Shown: positions 12,507-25,044 of the stretch, piece after piece | How positions within the stretch are numbered: position 1 is the stretch's first letter | Layout: each line of letters opens with the position of its first letter | Origin: Peribolospora baueri | Taxonomy: Eukaryota | Length of the DNA stretch: 64,000 nucleotides | Direction: 5' to 3' | Assembly (NCBI GenBank): GCA_029717555.1 | Contig: JAMDHS010000082.1 | Location: 1 to 64,000 of the forward strand | Notes under the pieces: model-generated | The model's input: the letters and a program-made list of their open reading frames with translations, nothing else | The model's database searches: none | What the model was told of the DNA's origin: nothing | Program-made: the position numbers and the translations under genes

Positions 12507-14183
12507 TCATCGCTTCAAGAGCGACCCGAGAGCCGTTCCGACTTTCTCAACATCCCTAAACGTCAAGCTGATCCTCATCCCCCTTTCAAGCCCGAGTGAC
12601 TCCTCCTCCCCGGGGTCTACCTCTCCGACGACGTCCCCAGCATTTCTGCCGTCCGCCAGCGCTCGCGCTCGCGTTCGAGCCACGAGATCGAAGCTTCGGC
12701 GGATGTGCTGTACTGCTGTGCGCAGGTTGGGATCCGCTAGAAGGTCCGCATTGACCACTTTGGAGAAGTGTCGGGGGAGGTCGTACGTCCGCTCTGCTAT
12801 TCCGTGCAGATGGGACCTTGAGCAACCGAACGGCGTGGACAAAGGAGGGAGAGGGAGAGCAATCTGAATAGTTGTGCACATGCTTGCATTCCTTCGTCAG
12901 TCGCTCACCTGTACATGTCGCCTGTGGTGATCAGCAAACTCCTCTTCTCCTGGACTATCGAAGCGATTGGAACGGGGTCTATTGCCCTTCCCTCTCCATT
13001 TTTCATTGTTGCCCTGGCTTCTCCAGACATAGGAGACTTGGACGACGTTGAAGTATACGTATGGAGGTCGAGAAGGGTGTGCGAGCCGAGGGAGATAGTT
13101 GCTACGGCTGGGAAGTAGGCGGCACCGTCCTCGTGGGGCTGACCAAACAGTCGGTAAGCCAGGAGCCATTGCGGGTGTCCATACGACCGAGTCAGTCAGG
13201 AAACGGCTCGTCTGCGAAGACAAGACGCGCAACGCACCATAATGCCCTGTCCGCTAGCGTATAAATTCACTAGACAATGGTTTGGCTTGTCGTGCGTAGA
13301 GCCCACGAAGGCGCCAGTGTTTGCAATTCGAGAGACAAGATCGGGAAAGGAGACAAAGAAAGCTGGCATCGGCTCGGGGATGAGGACGTTTTTGGAAGAG
13401 AGCTGGCCCCCTAGGATGTTCGTTTCGAATTTCCGTCGTCCGTTGTTTTAGATAAAGAGAGTTGGTTGACGTTCGTTGGAGTCGGTCAGTAAAAAGGCGT
13501 CATCTTCAGGACCACCCATGGGAGAGGATGAAAGCTTCTCACCCCAGTATTGAAGTCTGTCGGCGAGAAGAAAGGACACCAGGGGAAGGAAGAAGAGGAA
13601 GAGCAGATCGGTGGAAGAGAACCTGGAGATTAAGGTTGTCCAACTCTCCTCCTTTAACCAATTCGCTCACCTCCGGTTCTGAAGCACTTTCCACTTCGGC
13701 TGGGGGCTCTCAAGAATCTGTGAAAGAGGAGGTGGACGCCACCATCGTCGCCATCACTCAGCCGAAAAGAAGAGTCGAACCAAGCTGCGCTTGGAGCAGC
13801 AGACAGACAATGAATCCCTTTCGATCAACTCACCTTCCGGATGAGGTACTCTTCTTCTTCCCTCGTCTGAGCCGTGAATGGAAAGCCAGCAGGGAGGGGG
13901 ATGTGTTCAAAAGCAGAAGGGGGAAAGGGAAGGTACCCGTGAAGACGGGTCCAGCGGTCGTCAGTTCATCCGGTCCGTCATATTTCAGCCGGTAGGTGAA
14001 AAAAGTCAGAGGAAAGCAAAGGAAGGGTATTGGCGGCAAGTAGTGGTAACCCAAAAGGCAAGCAGATGAAGGGAACCTCGGAAGGACGGAGAAAGGACGC
14101 ACGATGAAGTCCGGTATGTAATACATTGAACCTTCCGGCAGGTTCGGTATCCGGTGAGCTTCGAGGCGGTCCTTTCCGTCCAT
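12507..14183 (-). CDS. AlkB-family 2OG-Fe(II) dioxygenase (ALKBH6-like)
   Basis: MYYIPDFI, EEEEYLIRK, PNHCLVNLYASGQGIM, PHEDGAAYFPAVATISLGSH, HLHGIAER, RGMRISLTFRDV (HxD...H...R motifs). Confidence 0.9.
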
Positions 14184-14586
14184 TTTGAGCGCCTTTGCTC
14201 GTCTTGCCGGTGGTGGCGAGAACAAGACAGCACAGAGCAGGTCCTTCCGTAGAGCAAAAAGTACTTCTCGCTTTTGGCAAATACCGAGGAAGGAAGCACG
14301 CCTGTGTTGGTCGGAGCGTAGGAGGCGGACGAGTTGGTGATCGAGACGAGTCGCGCACAGACCTTGCCTTCTTCCCTCATTTATCATCGCGTCAGCCGTG
14401 AAGTCAGGAGATCGTCACACAGGCTTCTATTCGTATTATCATCACGCTCTTACGCCACAATGATAAGGAATCAGGGGAAAAGGTAAAGGGAAACGAGCAA
14501 AAGGGCGGGACGAGCAAAAGGGCGGGATGTCCTAGGATGGGAAAGGGAATGGAAGAAGGATATATCTCGGCCAAAACGTCGATCTC

Positions 14587-17500
14587 TCACAGATCGCCAA
14601 ACACACCCTCGTCGTCATAGTCCTCCTCAAACACCTCCCCATTCCGCTCCGCATCGCGTCGACTGAGCCGAAGAGCTTCAGCGAGTGCGTCATCCTCGTC
14701 GTAATCGTCGTCCACTCCGAAGGCTTCCATATCCATACCCGGATTATCCGCATCAGACGCCGCGGCAGAGGTGGAAGGATGGGTAACGCGAGCACTGCCG
14801 TCAGAGTACGACGACTCGACACGCTCCATCATCAGAGAAGGATTGCTCCTCGTCCTCGCCTCCTCCTCATCCCGGCTTAGCATCAACGCATATGCCATCG
14901 CCTCGTCTTCGGTCAATCCTCCCAAGTCGGCCCCTCCGTTGGAAAAGCGGACATGCTCATATGAAGCCTGACGAGAGAGGTTCTCTTCGTCGAGCTGGAC
15001 ACGCGCATCGTGAAGGTCGGATTTGAGGTCGCGTTGGACTGGTTCGAAGGTCCACAAAACCGAGGAAGAAGAGAGGGTAGGAAGCGGAAGAGCTACAATG
15101 AGCCAAAATTGCGGAGCATGAGCAAACTTGGCAAAGTACTGAAACAACCCACGTTGATACTTCGAGTCAATGCGCTGAGTACTAGCCCGCTTAGAACCCT
15201 TGCCCTTCCGGTCTGCAACGACCACACAACCCACGAAGGACACGTCAAACATCAGCACAGACAACAATCAGGTGGAAAGCAGAGCCGCCGCGCTCGAAAC
15301 GGACAGCAGCCGTGAGCGGGGACAGAGCTTACCAGTACTCTTAACCTTCTCCGCTCTCCATGCGAGAACCTTTCCTCCAATACTAGCCACAAAATTTTCC
15401 CCGTCCGCCACGATTTGTCCAACCATCCACCGCTCGGCGTCCTCGGGGGCGAGGCTTCCCGAGGCGATCATGCGCGCAGGGTGGCGAGTGGCGGCGCGAT
15501 CGTTGAAGGTGCGCACGAGCATGCCTGTCAGTGGATCGTGGGCAAGGATCAGGCCGTCGAGACTACGAAGTCGGACGAAATGGTGGGCAGATGAGTGTGA
15601 GCGACCTGTACTTTTTCGAGTTCAAAAATCAAGTTCACCCCGTGCATTCCACTCACCTTCCGGTGAAGACCAACACCGGAGTCACCTCGATGGCAGTGAC
15701 GGCGCTCATGTGGCCCTCAAGGACCAACGAGGGCGGTATCTCTTCAACTACCTCCTCTCCACCTGATCTGGCGTCCTTCTGAAGATCGAACGCAGAGTGC
15801 CTCGAACCCTTCTCACATGAAGACGAAAAGTCCTGATCCGCTTGCGACGGATCCTTCCACTCCCATATGTATGTCCGCCCTGCCTTGTCACCAGCGACGA
15901 CGAATTTGCTCTCCGCGAAGCCTTTCTGCTTGGTCCGCGTCTTGACATCCGCTTCGTTGGGCATGAGCGCGGACGGGGAAGACGGACGAAGCTCCGCAAG
16001 CGACGTCTGTGACGCCGCACCGCTTCCACTGCCGCTGGCGCCGGGGGTTATAGATGTTGAAGCGCTAGAGGATGGGGCTCCGCGCGGCGATCCGCACCGG
16101 ATGAAGGCGGGGGTCGGCACGTTACCGAAAATGGCGTCCAAAGGGTCAGCCTCCCGTGCGACGGAGAGACCGGCAACAGCTTCTCGGTGCGCAACAGATG
16201 CGGACACAGAGAACTCGGGTCGGACACAGGTGATCTCTGCCAGGGGGCCTGCACCGAGAACCGAGGTGGCGTAGGTGCAAGCCCCGGACGGATCGGGACC
16301 GTCTGTGGGGCCCGAAGGGGCTGCTGGCGCGGGGGCGAGAACGGGAGGGACGGAAAGGTCGTACCGGAAAAGACGCTTGTCGTTTTCGTAGTGAACAAGC
16401 AAAGCGAACGTGGCCGTGTGGGGCAGGGCATCGCGGCCCTTCTCATGAGGAGGTCGGGGTGGGTCGAGCCATAATCCGTTGACGCTCTTCCATCCATGCT
16501 CGGTCCCTGCCGCCAGCGCTGGCGGAGGAATACGAACGCAGAGCACGCGATCGAGGCCCACGCCCTGGCCGTATCGTCCCATCCCGCACACTCCGGCTTG
16601 ACGCACCTCTGACGGATCCGACGGCAAAGTCGAGCCGCCTTCGCCATCCACTAGCGCAGACACATTCAAACCGGCCCACAAGACTATGTGACCGGATAGT
16701 GTGCCGGCTGCGATTATCCCCGAAAGGGCATCGAAGGCAACATGCGTGATGTCCGGAACGATGGGGTCCGACGGTCCGTTGACTTGGGGGGAGGAAAACC
16801 CAGATTGAAGCTGTAGTGGAGCGGCGGAGGCCGCCCATACGCAAGCACTGGAGCCCGCATTGACCGTAGCACTAGGAGCCCACAGTCTGACGGTACCGTC
16901 CGCGGAGCCCGTAACGAACGACAAAGCTACGTCTCCCTGTAGGACGGTCCTATTCCGAGTGTTGCTAGTCGTGTCCACTCTACCTTTGGAGCTAATCGAA
17001 AGAGGAGCCTGCTCTTCGTGCCTAAAGGGCATTGCGATGGCCGTCACGCGGTCGGAGTGTGCGCTGCGGGAGAAGCGCATGTAGCGGACATTGGCCTTTG
17101 CCGTCGCTCCCACTACGCTCTTGCCAAGGGTGGTGATGGCGACGTCGCCGGCCCGGAAGCCCCATACGATTCGACTCGCTTCGTCATCCATTTGCAGCGC
17201 TGCGACGTCAGGGGTGAATTCGGCATTGGGGTTGCCATTACCTACTCCATTGGCTAGACCGGCGGCATCGAGGTAGCCTTTGACCACTTTGCCAGTGAAG
17301 GGGTCGCAACGCGAGACGACGCCGTACAAAAGGGAGGCGGAAAAGAGCAGGGAGCGGGTAAAGTCGACGGAGATGGAGGAGATGGAGGAGACGCGCGGGT
17401 CCGAGAGCACAGTCGAAGTGCGAGACTTGCGCCACCGGCTAGAGGTACAGATCATGGTCATGGCGAGAGGAGTTAAGAAAGGCAGCTCGAACGTACAACT

Positions 17501-18227
17501 ATGGACATAGAGATCTCACCGGAGCAAGGCCGTCCTCGCCACGTATTCTGCCTTCCAAGACGCTGGTGCAATCCTTCTTGCGCCCACGCCGCGGCCGACA
17601 CCACCTTCCGGCGAGCTGCGTTCCGACCTGTAGCTACCTCGGTCGAAAGCGATCAAGAAAGCGCGACGCCATATAGCGTCGTCCTGAACGACGGCGCACC
17701 ATTCGCGGTTTACGAGGGAACAGGACAAGAGCGAGAGCGGGTCGAGGTGAGAGAGCACTTGACTGAGCGTCTCGTGGGGCACTGTGGATATGGGCGAGGT
17801 GGAAGGGATTGGATGGCTGACGGAGAAATAAATGCGTACAATCAGTCTCGCTGGGAGTGGAAAAGACGGGCAGCAGTGCTAGCTGTCAAGCTGTGAGAGT
17901 CGCTCACAGCACTTTTTCTCCTGTGCGTGCAAAGCGATAATGGTTCTGAGACTGCCTGCCGCTCATCTTGTGCTTGCCCTTTGCCTTTGGCTTGTCCCCG
18001 GCGCGGAGGTCATCGTCGTCCTTCCAGTCTCGGGAGTCGGGTTCGTAAGACGATCCGAGAGAAGACGATCCAACGGAAGAACCAAGGCTGTAGCTCGCGG
18101 AAAAGCCGCGATGAGCGCCTCGGAAGGAGGAAGGAGAGCCATCTTGAGCCGAGGTAGAGAGATCGGCGAACTGTTCAGATAGGGAGGTGGCGCCGTTGTT
18201 TTTGTCGATGGGAAGCGCTTGGGACAT
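14587..18227 (-). CDS. F-box / WD40 protein with C-terminal UIM-like motifs
   Basis: F-box PHETLSQVLSHLDPLSLLSCSLVNREW...IWRRAF; WD motifs FVTGSADGTVRLW and LEGHMSAVTAIEV; UIM-like EDEAMAYALMLSRDE and DDALAEALRLSRRD; exact start uncertain. Confidence 0.85.
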
Positions 18228-20199
18228 AAAACGGAATGGGCACAAAGAGAGTGGGTTGGCGAATACGTCTGAGCCCGCTGAATTGAGGCGAGGCGAGAGG
18301 TCTAGGAGGGTAGATGGTGATGGTCAGAGTTGGTGGTTGGGGAACGTGAAGGACTGACTGGGACGCGGATCGACTCATACATGACATAACCCTAACCGAG
18401 GTCCCACGTTTCTCGACTCGACTACGCTCTATCGTACAAGACACTCCACTCCAATCCACAGCGTAGATTCAATGGGGAGATGGAGAAACAGACATGAGGT
18501 GCGGTGTGTAGGTGATATTTGCGGTATGGCGCCCGGAAATGTTCAGAGCTCCATCTTGTCCACTTGTGTCGTCGAAGCGGCGGCTAGAATAAGAGGACAG
18601 CGGCGCGCGCAGGTGGACCGTTCGGAAGGGAAAACACTATGAGTGAGCGATTCGCACGTCCAGACCCGACATCAGGGTGCACACTGGCTGGTCATAGAAC
18701 AATAACCGAACGAGGCAGCGGACGATGTGAATGCGTTCGTTGGTGACGGCTACCAGGACGCACCTGCAGCCTCAGCTTCCTCCTGTACCCTTCTGGCCTC
18801 GATCTCCTCCAACTGGCGTTTTTGCTGTGGCAAGGATAGAAGGACACGCAATCCATATGAGAGAAAATTCAAGAAGAGAACAAGTGCGACTAGCAGTGAT
18901 CATGCGGCCTCGTTCAGACTCCAAGTTCAGGAAGCCCAAGAGCGTGCTTCCGCGGCAGTCTTCGTACGAGCCAGCGGACGCCCCACCAGTGTGCTCCCCA
19001 TCTAAGAAGAACCCAAAGACAAGACCCTCATCCGACCTAGCTCTAATCCTCGCACACATCATGCCAGCAAAGGACGGAAAGAGGCGACTCACAAGCCTAG
19101 CGTTCCTCTCTGCCTGCTTTTTCTTCTTCGAGCTCAACTTGCGTCCATGGTCCATGCCATGTGCGACGTTAGGAGGATTTGCAGACTGGTTCTTCACTGT
19201 GCGTCTCCTATCCCTGGCATGCGAAAAGAATACAAAAAAAGAAATGGAAGAAGAGAAATGGGGTGGGTAGGGCATTATGAGAGGACGGGTGGGTTAGCGC
19301 ACATTCCGGCCTGGTAGGATAAGCTTCGTTCCAAGACAGACCAACAAGGCTCAATACAAACCTCGACAGCTTTCTCAGGTTTCGATTCGGCTTGTTGATG
19401 TTACTTTTCGTCATTGTGAGGAGGAGGGCCTTTCACCTTTTTCGTCGGTTGCGTCGTTGTTTAGATGCACGAATCTTCACCGAGCTCACGCCGGCCTCAG
19501 GTCAATCTTGTGCCGCAGTTTTTGGCGAGGAGCGTCGACCGCGAAGGCTAAAATTACTCCCTTTGCTCCTGGCTTTCAGCTGTTGTAGTCGTGATCTGCC
19601 AGCGACTTGAGCGCCGAGTAGAGGTCAAAGTCATGCCCATCACCTCCCGATGCTCTCGCCGCCTCGATGGTGGGGTCGGGCGTCCGGCCCCATCAAGGCG
19701 CAGATGAGATTGATCACGGCGGCAAGGACGTACATCTAGAACTAGGTTGAGGTACTTGGAGAAGGATAGCAGAGGTACCAGGTGTAGGGGGACCGCCAGT
19801 CTAAGAAATGACGCAGACCGTTCCCTCCCTCCCATTCCCGTCTTAAGTAGAAATGGCATAAACCATTACCCCCCCTCTTTTCTTCAGTGCCCTGCCGATG
19901 GGGTTGCAGAGAGCTCTGGGACTCTAGGGGCAGGCTTCTTTACCATGCTGCCATTATGCTCTGGTCAATACGTCACAACGGCCTCCTCTCGTCACTCACC
20001 CCGTTTGTGCTAAGATAATCGGGTTTGTTTTCGCGCGAAATAAGGCAGCGACCAGCGTCAAGAACGGAGAACAAATGAGTAGATATGATAAAGAAAGCAA
20101 AACTGCCGACTCTAAAGGCATCCTTCCAGGGAAAGGAGCACCAAATGTCCCCTAATCACCTCCTTCCTGCCCCTTGTTTCCTTTAAGAAGAAGCGGGCA

Positions 20200-23100
20200 T
20201 CAAACCTCCTCCATCCCCAACCTCTCATACCTCGGCCCCGAACTCTTCCGCCCGGCCAACGTGAGACCCCATCTGCCGAGCCTGGTCCTCGACTTGGTGC
20301 CGTCGTCCGTCCCACCTTCTCGCTCCGCCCGCGAGGCGGCGGCGTGCGCTCGAAAGCCTTCCGGCGGGACCTCGTAGAGTTCTTCGTATCGCACGCCAAG
20401 CTCGCGACCGCGAGTCCAGAAATCTGTGGACGTCACAAAGATCGCTCGTCAGGAGGGTGTCAAGACAGTGTGTCCGAGGCCACATCGGTCGTCGGCTCGC
20501 CCTAACTTACCCATACAATTCTTCCTGAAACCCAAGTCGAAAGGGTTGACAGCCTCACTGGCCTTCTTCATGCCTTCAGCCGCTTTACCCCTTGTGAAGC
20601 GGTCGAAACCGAGAATCTGCATCAGGAAACCACTCGGCCCGCTGCCATTGCCGCCATGCCTGTGTCCGTGTCCGTGTCCGTGTCCGTGTCCGTGTCCGTG
20701 TCCGTGTCCGTGTCCGTGTCCGTGTCCATGTTCATGTCTGCACCCCGGGCCGTGGCGATGACCAGCCCCCGCCGATCCCTCCTCCTCCTCTTCCTCAGCA
20801 GCCGCAAAGCTCGTTTGCGAAGGCGCGGCGTGCCTCTGCTGGTGATGACCCATCTGGTTCGCCAAGCTCTGTCCGCCTCGTCCGCCCATAAACCCATACC
20901 GACCGACATTGGATACCTCGAGGGTCGTCATCTGTCGGGCGATTTGCCACAGCTGAGCGCTTAGTAGCACGATCGTCCAGCTCAGTTGTAGCGTCGCCCA
21001 GCCAGCGATTGAAAGAAGGAAGGAATCGTATCTCGTCGCGGCGCAGAGAGACGGGAAGATGCAGGACGAGTCCGGACCGTTGATGTACTCCACGGCGTTG
21101 AACGAGAAGTCTGAACAGGACAGAGATGGGGCAAATGTCAACAAGATGGTCGTGGCGAGAACGGACTGAAATAATGAAATGCTTACATCCGTACACGAGG
21201 AAGTCGAAACAGATTATTCCAAGGACGAGGGTAAGGACGAAGACGACGAATTGGCGGTGGTTGTTGACCCCAACTAGACGAAGACGAAGAGTGAATATGT
21301 GACATAGAGCATTAGTGTTGATCGGCTTTCATGGTGCATGCAATTCGCTTGTTAGCAAAAGATTCTCACTGCAGTTCCAAACCCATGGACAATGGCTGCG
21401 AGTGGTCGGCGTAAATGGGCCACGTCAGTATTTTTTACCTTGAATCCAGGTTGCGGATCGCGAGGTAAAGACATGGCTCACTGGTCATGTCGAGCAACAC
21501 ATTTGTTGCAAAACCGGCAGTGCTTTGAGCGCAGAGGTTTCCGCGTCTGGGAATTTGCAGCGAAGCAAACAAAAACATTGACGCTCAACAACAGGGCACC
21601 GGTGCCTGACTTGCTCGACAGGGCGATCAAATAACATCTCACCATGCAAGCGACACAGAAGTTCATCCCGTTCAGCCTTCCTTGTTCCGTAAGATTCTCG
21701 ACAACCTCTCGCAGCTGAGCGTCCGTTTCAGGCTGGGGCACGGTGCCGGGATCGAGAGTGACAGCTCGGAAAAAGTTCCAGCAGCAGAGAAGGAAGCTGA
21801 TGGCAAAGGTCAAGTTGATAAATGGATAACCGGGAGTTGCTGCGTCGAATGGAAAGGATTAGAAAGGAAGGAATGAGGCAAATGGGTCAGATAACGCTCT
21901 TTGCTGACTAGGTTTATCAACTACCACTCACAATTCACGAGCCTCGTGAACCACGCATATCCTACCCATACGAGGCTCGAAGTGATTATACTAGCAAAGT
22001 AAGGGCTCTTCTGCATGCTATCTGTGGCCGAAGAGTCGAGCAGGACGCGGGTGATGACGTGGTGCATGCCGAAGAATTCGGCAAAAGCGAGGAGCCAGGC
22101 GGTGTACCATGGGAGTACGGCGAAGGTGTTGAAGATAAGTAGGAAAGCGAGGAGAGGGACAGCAAAAATTGCTATCCGGGTGTTGCGCTGAGGGAATCGA
22201 TGAAAGACAGGAAAAAAAAAAACTTCAGTGACGCTGCTGGCACCCGAGCAGGATAAAGGAGACGGTCAATCTCACCTCGTTGAACGGTCTGCCCTTCTTT
22301 CTCCCATCTTCTTCAAGCCCAACATCTGCGAGCCCTTTCCTATACGCTCCGATGCTTTTAAGCTCATGTGCCATGTCCCTCGGTGTCTTGCCTTCGTCGG
22401 ACTTGGCTAACAAATCTGCACCACTCTCGACTAGTCGTTTGATACACATGCGGTTCCCTTTGACGACCGCCCAGTGGAGGGGAGTGAGGCCAGTCTGGTC
22501 ACGCTTGTGGGGGTCTGCGCCATGACGGAGGAGGAGGTCGACAGAGATGGCGTCCCCTTGGTAAGCCGCCCACATCAGTGCAGTGTGACCTTGGGCGTCG
22601 GGGTGGTCGATCGCGAGCGGTTGGTGGAGGAGGTAGACAATGGACATCACATTGGAAGAATGCTGGTCGCACGAATGTGATGGAGAGAGAGTGCCCAAGT
22701 CAATAGCCCTGCCGGTTAATGACACGATCATAAACAGCTCGCCGGCGGTCTGCTCACGACAGCAAGGTGCAGAGTGTTGAACCCCTGTGAATCGGCAATG
22801 TTGGGGTCGGCGTTGTAGGAAATTAGAAGATGAATGATATACAAGTGACCGCTCCTACAAGACGAGATGGCCATCACAATCGATGCGAATTGAAAACAAA
22901 ACTCCGTGAGTGGAAGGAACCCTCGAGTTAGTCCACAGAGCCATCCACAGACGCCCTCTCACCTTGCCGCCCACTGCATTGGACTGGCCACGAGCTCTCC
23001 CCCGAGGGCATCCACTTCAGCTCCCTGCTCGAGAAGATACCGGCACACTCCTATTTGCGCATTGATAGCGGCCCAGTGGAGAGCGGTGATGTTATCACTA

Positions 23101-23336
23101 TCGCGATCATTGACGTTCGCCTTGCCGGACTCGAGGAGCTCTCGAATAAACTCAATGTCTCCTCTCTGAGCTGCTGCGAAGATGTCGAGCGGTGGGGAGG
23201 GCGTACGCGAAGGCGGAGGGGGCTCGTTGGGTGAGGTGGGCGACGAACCGGGAAGTAGAGCGGCGGAGGCGGTGTGAGCGGTAGTGGATGTCGAGGCTTC
23301 GCCTTTGCCAGTGACGAGCGAGCTGGGAGCGGCCAT
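20200..23336 (-). CDS. AKR1: Ankyrin-repeat DHHC palmitoyltransferase
   Basis: Ankyrin repeats [75 protein letters not shown] with DHHC split by an intron; [15 protein letters not shown]. Confidence 0.95.
20663..20728. repeat. (TGTCCG)n hexamer microsatellite, about 11 units, encoding (His-Gly)n in AKR1
   Basis: Seen directly in the sequence and in the exon translation. Confidence 0.95.
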
Positions 23337-23821
23337 CTTTTTTTCTTCTTCCGCTCGATGGTGTGTCCAGCCGTTCACGTAGCGCAGGCAATGAAGGAGG
23401 GCAGATAAAGAAGAAGAGCAAGGAGGGGCTGTAGAATGGTGGGCCTTGCGACGGCCTCTTGCAACCGTCATGTACCCGGCCGACTGCGGCCGGCGTGGCC
23501 GCGTGAAAACGGGAGGGTGGCTCGAGCGCAGAGCACTGGGGTCCACGCCCGTCAATACTCATTTTTCTGCATTGGATCCGCGACCTTTAAGAGATGCTTT
23601 CTAATGACTACGATGCGAACGCCCTCGAGCTCGGATTCCAGAACAGTGGGGAAGCGTATGTGTATGCCTGGATGCAATAGCACCCATCCAGCGTTGCCGA
23701 GGGCTGTACACGCTCCTTTAACTTGCCCGTCCTTTCTCTGCATGAGGAGACTCTGTTCGGGTTGCTGGACATGAGCAGGTGATCAAAAACTAGCATCTAC
23801 CGGAGTCCACACTTCACTCTC

Positions 23822-24848
23822 TCAAACGTCCCCCGATCTTGGGCTCCCTTTGCCGTCTAGTAAGCCCGTTCTCGTCTCGATGAATGCTTGCCATTTACGG
23901 TCGTAGAACTCGCAAAGCTCGGAAAAGTTGATGCCCATCCTTAAAGCCAACTCGGAGTACGAAGACGAACCGGAGTCGCTGTCCTCATCTGTCAACGCAA
24001 CATTTGGAACGCTCGAAGACGGGTCGAAGGATCCTAGGCTTTCGTGTTCCACCTCCTTCATTGTGTCCTGGACATGACCTTCGCCGGTCGCCTCTTCGTC
24101 CGTGCGGGCAATGGTCGAATTCTCCTGTTCGGTGCTCTCCGCGTCGGAATCGGCATGAGAAGAGGCCTTGTGGAGCCTCCTCGGAGGAAGAGAGGCCCAG
24201 TTGAAAACCGCAAGGAGAGCCCGACGAGAGTTCACGAACGTGAGGGCTGCGAGTACGGGTCGGGAGGGACGGATTCGACTGGTCAGAGATTCACCTCAGC
24301 CGTGCAGATCTGCTCACAAAGTCAGTCAGAGGGTCAAGCTTACGCTCATCACCGTCCGTCGTCTTCAGGATCTCGGTGCTGCTATTTGTGCTCGCGAGAG
24401 GGCGCACGTGCGTCACCCTCGAGGTCGAGCCTTCCGCAGGTTTAGGAAGCGCGTCTCTCAAGCGGCCGTCAACGCCGACGGAAAAGTTCTCCCGGGCTCG
24501 TCCATCATCGACCCAGCTGGCCAATACACCTTGGTGGTCACCGTCCGCCTGGGCATCGCGGAGCCAGTCAGGGCGCAAGTCCGGTCCTGCTTTCGGAGTA
24601 GCGAACTTGACGCCCGCGGCCGCCGGTAGAATCGAACGATTCTTTAACCTCTGGCGGCTAAAGAACTCGACCTGGGCGCGGCGCTCCGTGTTCCGAATGC
24701 GTGCCTTAATCGCGTTCCTCAAAGAGGGGAAGTTGAATTAGTTGATTGTAGCTGCCGACGCAAAATATGCCGCGGCATCATGCGATGAGAAGCACGAAGG
24801 GTGGTAAGGGGTTTCTTACTTCTTGCCTCCCATCCAATTCACCACCAT
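23822..24848 (-). CDS. Putative HEIP1/REDIC1(C12orf40)-like protein
   Basis: Spliced N-terminus MVVNWMGGKKNAIKARIRNTERRAQVEFFSRQRLK resembles the N-terminal W-x-GG...Q-x-x-F motif of REDIC1/HEIP1; remainder looks disordered; ORFs 24291-24722 and 23822-24235 form later exons. Confidence 0.55.
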
Positions 24849-25044
24849 TTTCGTCCGGCGTGGTAGGAGAGAGGAGAGGTGGGGGAAGGGCCACTGAATC
24901 GTATATCCATATCTGCTGCGGCAAGCGTGGGGTGTGCCTCAACGGGCGGTTCCATTGACGTCGGTTCGCTCACGATCGCCAATCGTGACAGCTCCTGTTG
25001 GTTCGTCCCGTCCGTCTGACGCTCTCGCGAATCGCCCCTTGAAC

